A stretch of DNA of 64,000 nucleotides from Nitrososphaerales archaeon (GTDB lineage: Archaea > Thermoproteota > Nitrososphaeria > Nitrososphaerales > JACAEJ01). A program made the position numbers and the translations under genes. Below are positions 29,701 through 39,315 of the stretch, piece after piece. Position 1 is the stretch's first letter. Each line of letters opens with the position of its first letter. The stretch spans positions 2,988-66,987 of the forward strand of contig JAVZMU010000001.1 of the NCBI GenBank assembly GCA_038883135.1, read 5' to 3'. The notes beneath the pieces are model-generated. The model did no database searches and had not been told where the DNA came from. It worked only from the letters and a program-made list of their open reading frames with translations.

Positions 29701-30505
29701 CTTGGACGATTAAAGGAGGGGTACCTGCTTCTTTACTCTCTCTAACCCTTTGATTCACTCTTAGTATATCTACTAGTTTATGAGTTAGATCGTCTTCAGA
29801 TCTTATACCTGACTCAAGTGTGATTGAAGGTCGAACACTAAGTGGAGGGACTGGCAAAACTTGTAAGACTAACCACTCAGGTCTTGAGCTTTTAGGATCA
29901 TAGCCTAAAAGCTCAAGATCATCATTAGGAATTCTTTCAAGCCTTTCTCTTATAGCTACTGGTAATAACCTTATGACTCCACCATCTTCTGTAATTTCAT
30001 GGAAAATGCTTGGTTTCGTTAATTCTATTTCATATTGTTGCTTCCCACAGTGAGGACAGATCTTAATCTTTTTGGCCTTAGCTATTATTTCTTTTATACT
30101 CTCTTCTTCAAATCTTTGAGTAAGGATACTTTTCTCAGCAAGTTTTTTTCTATAATTTTCAATTTCAACTTGTGGAATTAAAAGTCTTCCACAAGTTCTG
30201 CAAGTCGAGAGAAGAAGTTTATGAATAATATCAATAAAAGCTATATGTAACACAGGCTCTGCTAACTCTATATGACCAAAATGTCCTGGACACCTTGCAG
30301 TAGTATTTCCACATGTAGCACATTTTTGTCCTGGTTCTAAAGTTCCAAGCCTACTATCCATAAGCCCTCCTTGAACTGGCATTCCATCTTCATCATAAGT
30401 CTCAGGAGCTGTTATCTCAGCAACAGAATATCTTCTAATCTCACTCGGTGGGAAGACTGCAAATTTTATGGAGCCTATAGTCTTAATAGATTCTTCAAGA
30501 GACAA
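26693..30505 (-). CDS. rpoA: DNA-directed RNA polymerase largest subunit, unsplit (A' and A'' fused in one ORF)
   Basis: 1270 aa. The [10 protein letters not shown] active site lies in the first two thirds. The A''-type region ([30 protein letters not shown]) continues in the same frame with no stop or restart around nt 27850. Confidence 0.95.
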   Translation of the reverse strand: [1270 protein letters not shown]

Positions 30506-30518
30506 TTTTTCATCCCCC

Positions 30519-33500
30519 TTATATTTTATCTTTTACTATAAGCCTGGGAGCAATGTTAAGACTCATTATCTCTTGTAATAGTAATTTGAATGCATAAGCT
30601 ACAATAACTGATGATATCTCTGCTGAATCTCCACAAATCCTACACACGTACTTCCTCTGTCTTGCATCGTAATATGCTATTAATCCACATTTCTCACAAA
30701 CGTGAACTTCAGTCCTATCAGCTTCATCCAATAATCTGTCTTTCAGTACCATAGAAGCTCCATAAGCTATCAAGCAATCTCTCTCCATTTCGCCAAACCT
30801 TAATCCACCGCCTCTAGCTCTTCCTTCAGTAGGTTGTTTCGTAAGCATTTGAACTTGTCCTCTTGCTCTAGCATGGATCTTATCAGCTACCATATGATGA
30901 AGTTTTTGATAATAAACGACGCCTATAAACACATCTGTCTCGTATTTTTTACCAGTCTTTCCGTCATACATTACCTCCCTTCCTAAAGGATGAAAACCTG
31001 CTTCTTTCAATATCTTCCCTAAATCTTCTACTTTCTCTCCAGAAAACGCTGTAGCATCTACAGGAGTACCTCTTATTGTTGCAGCCTTTCCTGCTATGGA
31101 TTCTATGAACTGACCAACAGTCATTCTTGATGGAAAAGCGTGAGGATTTATTATTATATCTGGAACGATTCCATCTTCTGTGTATGGCATATCTTCCTGA
31201 TTTACCAAAAGACCTACTACACCTTTCTGTCCATGTCTAGAAGCAAATTTATCACCTATCTCGGGAATTCTCATGTCTCTAATTCTTACCTTAAACATTT
31301 TGCCACCATCTATGCTTTCAGTAAGAAACACATCATCAACAACTCCTGATTCCGAAGGTCTTACTGCTACGGATGTATCTCTTCTGTATGGACCCTTTAT
31401 CTCGAATCCTCTATATTCTTCCATGAACCTAGGCGGACTAGTCCTACCTATTATTACATCTCCACCACATACACTAGCTTCCCTCATTACTACACCATCA
31501 GGCTCTAGAAGACGATAATATTTCTCGCCACGATAACCTCTTATATTATCCTCTGGTAGAGGTATTTTAAATTCATCTTTCATACCACCAAGATATTGTT
31601 TGGCTTCTACTTCGTAAAGTCTATAAAAGAATGAACGAGCAAGTCCTCTATCTACGGAAGATTTATTCATAACTATTGCATCTTCTATGTTATATCCTTC
31701 AAAAGATAATACTGCTACAATACAGTTCTGTCCTATAGGTCTATCGTCCAGTTTTAATAGTGATGATGAACGAGTCTTAACTAAAGGTCTTTGAGGATAA
31801 ACTAGCATATGTCCTCTCACATAAGTTGGGAATAAAAGAGTAGGTATTGAGAATCCTAAAGACTGTTTCGCCATTGCAGCCTCGTAGGTGTTGCGTGGTG
31901 ACTGATTATGCTCAGGATAAGGTATTATAGAGGCTGTGACTCCAAAGATAGCGGATGTTGAAGGTTCTAAATGAGTATGCTTTTCCGTTAAAGAGCTTAA
32001 ATCCATAGCCACTAAGCAATTTTCCTCCTCATTAGCATCTATTAACTCTATAACTCCCATTTTTAATAAATCCCGCCAGCTTAACTCTCCTCTCGAGACT
32101 TGTTCTATCATCTCTCTTGTTAAGAGAGGCTTTCCATCTTTTACTACAATAAGAGGTCTCATAACCCTTCCTGAGCTTGTGGATATGTATGCTCTTTTCG
32201 TTCCTCTCGAATCTTTTGGTATGTAAAGGTATATACTAACGTACGGGTTTATCAACCCTTGTCTACGTAACTTTCTAAAGTTTGTTACAAAATTTTCTCC
32301 ATCTTCAACATAACCAATAAAATGACCTTCTATGAAGACTTTACAACCATTTCTTTTAAGTTCATCGTTAGCCTCTGAAATAGGCTTAACTCTTAGCTCA
32401 GATAACTTTTCTATTATCTCAGACTCTGGTACACTTACAGAAATTACAGCTGAGAGAGCAAGGTTCTTAACAAGACCACAGTTAGATCCTTCTGGTGTCT
32501 CATTAGGACATATCCTACCAAAATGTGTCCCATGAAGATCTCTTGCCTCATAATTGGGCTGACTTCTGCTCAATGGTGATTGGATACGTCTTAAATGGCT
32601 TAAGGTTGAAAGGTAGTTAGTCCTATCAAGAAGTTGTGTGATTCCAACCTTACCTCTACCCCAATTGCCAGTTGCTATTGCGTTATTCAATTTATTCGTG
32701 ATTATTCCAGGTCTTATAGCAGCTCCAACTGCACCTATACCCCTCCTCTGGCCCATTCTCTCTAGCTGATACTTCATATCTCTTATCATGTTTCTAAAAG
32801 CTGTTCTGAATAGATCGGCTATCATCTGACCTGCAAACTTTATTACTTTATTGCCATAATGATCTTTATCATCTGGTTCTATCCAACCAAGCTTTAGTTC
32901 AAGAAGTTTACATGCAGCCTCTCCAAGAAATGCAGCTTTTTTGGTTCTATCTTCATGTGATCTACCTAGATGTGGAAGAAGACCCCAGTCTAGTAAAGTT
33001 TCAGCTCTTTTTATTCTCCATTCTTCAAGCATTCCAGGTGCAATTCTATTGCCTATGTATGTCAAAGCCTTTTCAGGAGTTACTACATCACCTGCTTTAT
33101 CAAAGGATACCTCTAAAAGATCTTGAATTTCTTTTTTAAGTGAAACCATCTCAGCTATCTCTTTATCTGACTGAATTCCTAATGCCCTCATTACAATTAT
33201 GAAAGGAAGATCTACAGGAGAAGTTGGAACTTTAACGTATATAGCACCATCATGCTTCAATATTAACTCAAGCTTTGCTCTGTAACCTATTATAGATGAA
33301 TAAACTTTTGCCTTATACACTATGGTTCCTCCACTTTTCTCATAGTCCACCAAGATCTTATTGGGCGATAAATCTTCAAGTCCAACTATAACTCTTTCAG
33401 AACCATTAATTATAAAATAACCTCCTGGATCTTCTGGATCTTCACCAGCTTGAATTAACTCATCTCTATCCATTTCATGAAGGGGACATAAGTCAGACTT

Positions 33501-33875
33501 AACCATTGTAGGAAGATCTCCTATATGGTAAATTTGAGATTCTATAACAGAATTACCTTCTACTATGCTCATCTCTAAATATACGGGTGAGGCATAAGTA
33601 AGATTTCTTAATCTTGCCTCTATTGGAAGGATATTATTACTAGAACCATCTATCTCCACAACACTAGGTTGTTTTATGAAGATTTTACCGAACTTAACCT
33701 TATAGGGTCCTCCTACTGCCTCGATTTCTACTTCTCCAACTTCATTTATTATACTCTCTATTCCCTTTGAAACAAATTCGTTATAAGAGTTTAAGTGCTG
33801 GCGAGCTATGCCTTCTCTTTCTAGCATATCCTGGATTATAACCCAGGAATTATAATCATTAGATTCCATACTCAT
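30519..33875 (-). CDS. rpoB: DNA-directed RNA polymerase subunit B (unsplit)
   Basis: 1118 aa with the GDKFASRHGQKGV motif and a C-terminal Zn motif (CEKCG...CRICG). Confidence 0.95.
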   Translation of the reverse strand: MSMESNDYNSWVIIQDMLEREGIARQHLNSYNEFVSKGIESIINEVGEVEIEAVGGPYKVKFGKIFIKQPSVVEIDGSSNNILPIEARLRNLTYASPVYLEMSIVEGNSVIESQIYHIGDLPTMVKSDLCPLHEMDRDELIQAGEDPEDPGGYFIINGSERVIVGLEDLSPNKILVDYEKSGGTIVYKAKVYSSIIGYRAKLELILKHDGAIYVKVPTSPVDLPFIIVMRALGIQSDKEIAEMVSLKKEIQDLLEVSFDKAGDVVTPEKALTYIGNRIAPGMLEEWRIKRAETLLDWGLLPHLGRSHEDRTKKAAFLGEAACKLLELKLGWIEPDDKDHYGNKVIKFAGQMIADLFRTAFRNMIRDMKYQLERMGQRRGIGAVGAAIRPGIITNKLNNAIATGNWGRGKVGITQLLDRTNYLSTLSHLRRIQSPLSRSQPNYEARDLHGTHFGRICPNETPEGSNCGLVKNLALSAVISVSVPESEIIEKLSELRVKPISEANDELKRNGCKVFIEGHFIGYVEDGENFVTNFRKLRRQGLINPYVSIYLYIPKDSRGTKRAYISTSSGRVMRPLIVVKDGKPLLTREMIEQVSRGELSWRDLLKMGVIELIDANEEENCLVAMDLSSLTEKHTHLEPSTSAIFGVTASIIPYPEHNQSPRNTYEAAMAKQSLGFSIPTLLFPTYVRGHMLVYPQRPLVKTRSSSLLKLDDRPIGQNCIVAVLSFEGYNIEDAIVMNKSSVDRGLARSFFYRLYEVEAKQYLGGMKDEFKIPLPEDNIRGYRGEKYYRLLEPDGVVMREASVCGGDVIIGRTSPPRFMEEYRGFEIKGPYRRDTSVAVRPSESGVVDDVFLTESIDGGKMFKVRIRDMRIPEIGDKFASRHGQKGVVGLLVNQEDMPYTEDGIVPDIIINPHAFPSRMTVGQFIESIAGKAATIRGTPVDATAFSGEKVEDLGKILKEAGFHPLGREVMYDGKTGKKYETDVFIGVVYYQKLHHMVADKIHARARGQVQMLTKQPTEGRARGGGLRFGEMERDCLIAYGASMVLKDRLLDEADRTEVHVCEKCGLIAYYDARQRKYVCRICGDSAEISSVIVAYAFKLLLQEIMSLNIAPRLIVKDKI

Positions 33876-34141
33876 CCCTCCACAACATAACGATAATATA
33901 TTGCTTCTCCTGCAGTTTCGCTTTTCCTTATAATCTTTATCAAATCTCCTGGCTTAGCTCCTATCTCCTTAATGATTGGGTCTGTACTTAATATGTAAGG
34001 GAACTGCTCAGGCTTAGCGTTATACCTTTTTAAGACTTCTTTTGCTTCTTCAGGAGTTAATATTATATGCTTTGGTACGAAAATGTGTTCCTTAATTTTT
34101 ATACGTAATTCTTCTTCAGAATTTTTTTCCATTAAAATCAC
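33872..34141 (-). CDS. rpoH: RNA polymerase subunit H (Rpb5-like)
   Basis: 89 aa. HIFVPKHIILTPEEAKEVLKRYN is a classic RpoH sequence. It overlaps rpoB by 4 nt. A GGTGA box lies 5 nt upstream of the ATG. Confidence 0.9.
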   Translation of the reverse strand: MILMEKNSEEELRIKIKEHIFVPKHIILTPEEAKEVLKRYNAKPEQFPYILSTDPIIKEIGAKPGDLIKIIRKSETAGEAIYYRYVVEG

Positions 34142-34402
34142 CTAAGTTAAAGAACATCTTATTCATATCAAACAATTACACAAAATACACTAATATAACA
34201 TCCTATTACTTCTTTTATTTAAACTTTTTAAAAATTGATACATCAGAATAGATTCCTCAGATTTCCTTTACCCTATAGAGAATATTACGATATTCCATTC
34301 TTAAGGTTAAATTGTATCAACGAACCATTGAATAGTCAATAATCACGAATATACATTAGGAACCTATTATACAAACTTACAGCCCTTATAGCTCAAGAAT
34401 TA

Positions 34403-36280
34403 TCAAGGCATCTGAATCATAGCCATATCAACAGAGCGAAGAGAGTAATTGAATAAGAGAAGTATTATTAACCCAATGATTAATATTTGAAGCAATTTAA
34501 GATATATGGTTGAAGTTGAACTTAAATCTAGTTTGCTTCCTAGCTTGTTGAGCAGCCAATAAAGTCCTATTGTAGCTGGAATCTGAAAAGGAATAACATA
34601 AGCTATACGATAGTAAAGATTCTCAGATCCAGGAACTAAAGCAAGTATCGCTAAAGAAGGAACTAATATCCAACATAAGATCAGCCTATTGAACCTTTTT
34701 GTTAGATCAGCCATAGATATCATTCCAAATATGGCTAGAGCAATTATCAAAGGATTACCAAATGCACCTCCTGCCCATCTTTGCACCATAAGAGAGAGGG
34801 AGGGTTGAAGAAGGATTATCTTTGAAATATTCAAATTATCTATGAAAGCATTCCAGATGTAATTTAGAAATACCCAAAAACTTGGAGTACCATATACTCC
34901 ACCCTTTAAATAGATAAAGTATGGAGCAAATACTATAGTAGTGATGGTTAATGGTATCAACAAAAAAAGAATATCTTTCTTAATTTCAGATCTAATCAAG
35001 AATGTCGATATGATATATGAAAACAATATACTGATCATAATGAGCCAAGTGTATGGGTGAGTGAGAAGAGCGGTAATAGATATTAAGCTAGCTATTAATG
35101 AATAAATTATCGAACGTTTCTCTAATGATTTTAATAGAAAAGTGAAGAATAGCATCATCTCTATAATAGAGAACCAATTCGCAAGAAGATATCCATACAT
35201 ACCTGCAGTAATCTGAAATGAGAAGACTGAAAAAATAGAAGATAGCAAAGCTAAATTATCATTTTTAGTTCCTATCTTAACAAACCAGAAGGTAGCTAGA
35301 GCAAGACCTATTGTACAAATAGCTGGCATGATCCTTATGACAAAATAATTTGGTTGTATTGTAACAATTTTGATGAAGTAGACTAGTAGGAAAAAGATAG
35401 GTCTATCTGATCTTAATGCAATATATGGTCCTTCTTCTACCATTCGAGTCAAGAAACCATAGTAATTTACCATAGAAAGAGAATCTACACCTACTAAAGC
35501 AGGAGGAGGAAGATGAATATATGGATAATATGCTACAAATATTGCAACTAACGAAATAATGATTAAATATAGAGCTAAGTTTTTCTTTTCTAGAATGCTT
35601 AGAATTTGAATACTTAAAGGATTGCTTTGCCTTATGCGTAAGAATAGATATCTAGAAATTGGGATCCATATCCAGCAATAAAGGAGAATTAAGAACAACC
35701 ATGAAGTCAATGGGTAAAGTATGCTGAAAAGATTAAGATCTATCAAAGGAAATCTCCAACGTAAGCTAGGTCCAAAGGGAACTTCATAGTCAAAGGCATT
35801 TAATATCCATGATGAAAGAGAGGCTAGCTCAATAGGTATCAGCAAGCCTATTATAGCTATGAATACAAGTAAGATTACCTCTTCTCTCTTGGCAAAAAGA
35901 AAACCTTTGCCGTAATAGATGAATAGACCTATAGCGATAAATCCTAAGAGAATCGTAGATAATGTAGCCACTTGATTGTTAATTAAGAAGATAGCAAGTG
36001 AAGCAATTAGTAATGAATATGGGAAGATTATCCAGCAAGGTAAACTAAGATGATATAAAAACCTCATTATGAACATTTCTATAATTATGATGAGAAGAGA
36101 AATGCACCAGATCCACCTATCTATGGAAGGAGAGAAGATTGTGATATTGACTATATTTAAAGAATAAAAGTAATAGAATTTAATATTTAAAAGGTTTATC
36201 AGATTTAAAAAGCCAAAAAGTATATTGATAGAAATAGCTAATACAATCAAGAGGAAGTTTAGCATCAAGATTCGAGACAT
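34403..36280 (-). CDS. Large polytopic membrane protein (possibly a GT-C-type glycosyltransferase); function unassigned
   Basis: 625 aa with more than 14 predicted TM helices. I found no WWDYG or other diagnostic motif. Confidence 0.5.
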   Translation of the reverse strand: MSRILMLNFLLIVLAISINILFGFLNLINLLNIKFYYFYSLNIVNITIFSPSIDRWIWCISLLIIIIEMFIMRFLYHLSLPCWIIFPYSLLIASLAIFLINNQVATLSTILLGFIAIGLFIYYGKGFLFAKREEVILLVFIAIIGLLIPIELASLSSWILNAFDYEVPFGPSLRWRFPLIDLNLFSILYPLTSWLFLILLYCWIWIPISRYLFLRIRQSNPLSIQILSILEKKNLALYLIIISLVAIFVAYYPYIHLPPPALVGVDSLSMVNYYGFLTRMVEEGPYIALRSDRPIFFLLVYFIKIVTIQPNYFVIRIMPAICTIGLALATFWFVKIGTKNDNLALLSSIFSVFSFQITAGMYGYLLANWFSIIEMMLFFTFLLKSLEKRSIIYSLIASLISITALLTHPYTWLIMISILFSYIISTFLIRSEIKKDILFLLIPLTITTIVFAPYFIYLKGGVYGTPSFWVFLNYIWNAFIDNLNISKIILLQPSLSLMVQRWAGGAFGNPLIIALAIFGMISMADLTKRFNRLILCWILVPSLAILALVPGSENLYYRIAYVIPFQIPATIGLYWLLNKLGSKLDLSSTSTIYLKLLQILIIGLIILLLFNYSLRSVDMAMIQMP

Positions 36281-36321
36281 TTCGATTTCAGAGTAAAGCT
36301 TATTTAGTTAAATATATTAAT

Positions 36322-36816
36322 ATGCTTGGTTTGAATCCACGAACAGCATTTGCCATATTCACAATTACAATTATGCTGGCAAGTGTTCTGGCTACAACTC
36401 CTACTGCTTATGCAGCAACATATAATTTTAAGCTGGAGGCTACAGGTCAAGTAAGAGATCGTTATGGCAATATTCATGCTGTACATCTACAGTTAACAGG
36501 TACGGGATATGGAAGCTTAATATGGTTGATGTTACTTCGTGTAGAAAGTGGAACTGTAACCGTAGGGGGCCTAACATTTCGTATTATAGGAGGATGGGGC
36601 ACGTTAATCCAAAGGTACAACTACATATCTCTATACATCAGAATAACTCCTTTATACGGCGGTCCTATTGCAGGATGGTATATGAGTGGAAGAACCGGGG
36701 TATATTATGCCGGTGAGATACCCTTAACTCTTTCTTCACGCTATATCATACTTCCAACATATCCACGCATTATATTGTATAACTTAAGGTTAACAGGAGA
36801 AATAACATTAACTTGA
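36322..36816 (+). CDS. Secreted protein of unknown function
   Basis: N-terminal signal-like segment ending ...TPTAYAATY. The remainder is beta-rich and G/Y/T-rich. Confidence 0.5.
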   Translation: MLGLNPRTAFAIFTITIMLASVLATTPTAYAATYNFKLEATGQVRDRYGNIHAVHLQLTGTGYGSLIWLMLLRVESGTVTVGGLTFRIIGGWGTLIQRYNYISLYIRITPLYGGPIAGWYMSGRTGVYYAGEIPLTLSSRYIILPTYPRIILYNLRLTGEITLT

Positions 36817-36967
36817 TAGAATTATCAAATAGATAACTATCAAATAGATAACATATAGTACCTTTGGCTACCAAGTAGTCTTTCTGTCTAAAATTAAGGA
36901 CAATTCTGATTTGATAACTGCAAAGTTCACAAAAAAATACTTATTGATCTATAATCAAAGCTAAGCC

Positions 36968-37579
36968 ATGGGAACATCCCTGCCAGAAAAGAAGCATCCA
37001 AAACCTTTGATTATTGGTGTTACTATAGCCATTGTAGCTATCCTTATTGGTGCTATTACATTATTGTATCATCCATACGTTACAGAAGCTCCTACTCAAG
37101 CTTGGCTTAACGATATTGAGGGTGATGTAGAATTTATAGGAGAAGAATATCCTGGCATAATCGATTTAACTTATGTAAGTTTAGAGGTAGATGAAGGAAT
37201 ATTAAAGATCACTATAACTGTAAGAGATTCTATTCCAGAGCATCTTGAGAATGGAGAGTATGCTCAATGGATGGCAACGATAATCTTACAAGATGGATTG
37301 TTTAAAGCATATGAAGTATATGCAGAGATTAACTCAACAATTAATCAAGGAGAGCTAATGGGTTATTTTAGAGAGATAGGAGAGCAAGAAGAAACCTGCA
37401 CAGTAGAGCATAATGGAAAATCATTGGTTATATTTGCGCCATTGAATGGGTTACAAAGCGCAAGAGAGATTGAATGGTCTATTCAAACCTTATTTGAAAA
37501 ATGGTCTAATAATGATTTGATAAATAATGGAATCGATTATGCTCCTGATGAAGGATTTCAAAGTACTATTCTTAAGTGA
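36968..37579 (+). CDS. N-terminally membrane-anchored extracytoplasmic protein, unknown function
   Basis: A single N-terminal TM segment (LIIGVTIAIVAILIGAITLL) is followed by an acidic soluble domain. Confidence 0.5.
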   Translation: MGTSLPEKKHPKPLIIGVTIAIVAILIGAITLLYHPYVTEAPTQAWLNDIEGDVEFIGEEYPGIIDLTYVSLEVDEGILKITITVRDSIPEHLENGEYAQWMATIILQDGLFKAYEVYAEINSTINQGELMGYFREIGEQEETCTVEHNGKSLVIFAPLNGLQSAREIEWSIQTLFEKWSNNDLINNGIDYAPDEGFQSTILK

Positions 37580-37584
37580 AAACT

Positions 37585-38112
37585 TTAAACTTCATCTCTT
37601 TTTAAAAATATCCCAAGACCTTTCGAACTAATTACTATGCTTAAAGCAATCAACAAAGAGGCTATAGCTAAGCCTTCAGCAGTAAATAGAGGTGCATCAA
37701 AGGTTATAAAGGTACCATATTCATAAGGTCTTTCAAGTATATTCAGATTAAAGTATAGCATAGGGAAGCTCTCTATGAGAAGCCTTAATTCAAATACAAG
37801 CTTGAAGGAATTCTGTGAAACAGGCCAGAGAATCGGTGTATAACCATTAATAAAATCCAAGATAACATGAGAACTTAGTCCAAAAGATGAGAGTTGAAGA
37901 GGTAACTGAAGTCTAGATTTCTTCCAAAGTAAAGAGATGAAGAGTAATGCTAAAGGTATTAATAAAGAATGGCTTACTGACCTATGTATGAAGAAGAGTA
38001 CATCGAAGTCAGGCAGAAGACTGATCAGACCGACTAAGAAGGCATATTTCAGTCTTAAACCCAAAAGAGTAGCTATAGCAAAAGGTATGGCGAAATGAAT
38101 AACAGGTTCCAT
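37585..38112 (-). CDS. Membrane-bound metal-dependent hydrolase (YdjM/DUF457-like)
   Basis: 175 aa with 4-5 TM segments. The LLPDFD and HRSVSHS motifs are typical of the family. Confidence 0.55.
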   Translation of the reverse strand: MEPVIHFAIPFAIATLLGLRLKYAFLVGLISLLPDFDVLFFIHRSVSHSLLIPLALLFISLLWKKSRLQLPLQLSSFGLSSHVILDFINGYTPILWPVSQNSFKLVFELRLLIESFPMLYFNLNILERPYEYGTFITFDAPLFTAEGLAIASLLIALSIVISSKGLGIFLKRDEV

Positions 38113-38125
38113 ATTGCTTACCCAA

Positions 38126-38866
38126 CTATTTCTGAATGCGAAGGTTAGAAAAGAACCTATTAGCTTCAGAGTACGACTCTAATGTTCCAATATCCCACCA
38201 TAACCCAGGTAAGATATACCCAAATACAGACTCTTGTTTATGAAGCCATTCTATAAACCTTCCAGGTTGATCTTTTCCTAAATCTTTCCTAACGTATTCC
38301 TTTAACCTTGGAAGAGTTATTTTAGGCAATATATAGATACAAGTACCTATTAGTGTAGTCTTTGGTTTTGATGGTTTCTCTTCAAAATCTATTATCCTAT
38401 TATCTTGATCAATCAATACTGTTGCATAATGCTTTACTAGATCATGTCTCTTCAAATCATAAAGAGCGATTGTAGGTGAGGATTTCTTCTTATAGAATTC
38501 TATCATTCTTTTAAGGTCAGCAGTGAACAAGTTATCTCCAGCTATTATTAAACAATCATTTTGTATGTTTGAGGTAATTTCTTCTAATGCTTTTACAGCA
38601 CCAGGTTTCTCTTCTTCACAAGTTGATTTATCCGAAATAATCTCTATATTTTGATAATTTTTAGTGCTTAGCCATTCTCTAAAGCAACTTTCGAATCGAA
38701 GATTGGTAGAAATTATGATATGCTTTATCTCATGCAACATACTTAGCTTCTCTATTATATGCTCAATAATGGGTTTTTCAGCTATTGGCAAAAGAGGTTT
38801 AGGCTTATCTTTAGTTAGAGGCTGAAGCCTTTTTGCATATCCTCCTGCTAAGATTATAGCTATCAA
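38126..38866 (-). CDS. Sugar-1-phosphate nucleotidyltransferase
   Basis: The N-terminal LAGGYAKRLQPLTKDKPKPLLPI motif (GGxGxRLxPLTxxxPKPL) supports the call. Confidence 0.8.
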   Translation of the reverse strand: MIAIILAGGYAKRLQPLTKDKPKPLLPIAEKPIIEHIIEKLSMLHEIKHIIISTNLRFESCFREWLSTKNYQNIEIISDKSTCEEEKPGAVKALEEITSNIQNDCLIIAGDNLFTADLKRMIEFYKKKSSPTIALYDLKRHDLVKHYATVLIDQDNRIIDFEEKPSKPKTTLIGTCIYILPKITLPRLKEYVRKDLGKDQPGRFIEWLHKQESVFGYILPGLWWDIGTLESYSEANRFFSNLRIQK

Positions 38867-38904
38867 ATCTAGGCTATATAATCAGACTAAGTAAGCATAT
38901 ATAT

Positions 38905-39315
38905 TTAATGGATAATGTGTGCTAGCTGTGCTGGACCATCAAGGAGTAGCTTTAAGCTTTCGATGAGTTTTAGACCTACAAGATCCTCTACATTTCCACG
39001 AAAAGTATCTACATATCCTTCAAGCCTTATACCCAGCTTTGGAATCTGGATAATAGTTAAGGCTCTTCGAAGCCTAAAAATTTCACCTGTTAACGTTTCT
39101 CCTTCAGGCCAATATCTTCGAGGAAGTTCAGAGAGATAAAAGCCCATTCGTCTATATTTCTCTTCACTAAGGAGGAGAAAACCATCATAGCCAGTATCAA
39201 TACGAACTAACTCCTCTAGTTGTATATTGAGAGGACTCTTGACTAATAGTCCTAGAGCAGGAAATTTGAAGTCATTCGACTTTAAGTATGGCCAACAGGT
39301 TTTGCTACTCTCCAA
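38905..39315 (-). CDS. Retropepsin-like (clan AA) aspartic protease, cassette A, downstream gene
   Basis: 136 aa. LVRIDTGYDGFLLL carries the D-T-G catalytic triplet in a hydrophobic context. The late VGLKLIESLKLLLDG matches the ILGxDxL flap/dimer motif. It overlaps the upstream partner by 34 nt. Confidence 0.7.
   Translation of the reverse strand: MESSKTCWPYLKSNDFKFPALGLLVKSPLNIQLEELVRIDTGYDGFLLLSEEKYRRMGFYLSELPRRYWPEGETLTGEIFRLRRALTIIQIPKLGIRLEGYVDTFRGNVEDLVGLKLIESLKLLLDGPAQLAHIIH

Noticed and set aside
26865-33139. Nine plus-strand ORFs of 61-85 aa inside rpoA and rpoB (26865, 27057, 28287, 29394, 31140, 31273, 32332, 32912, 32941)
   Set aside because: These are antisense shadows of long, strongly supported RNAP genes. 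They have low-complexity S/L/P-rich translations and no motifs.
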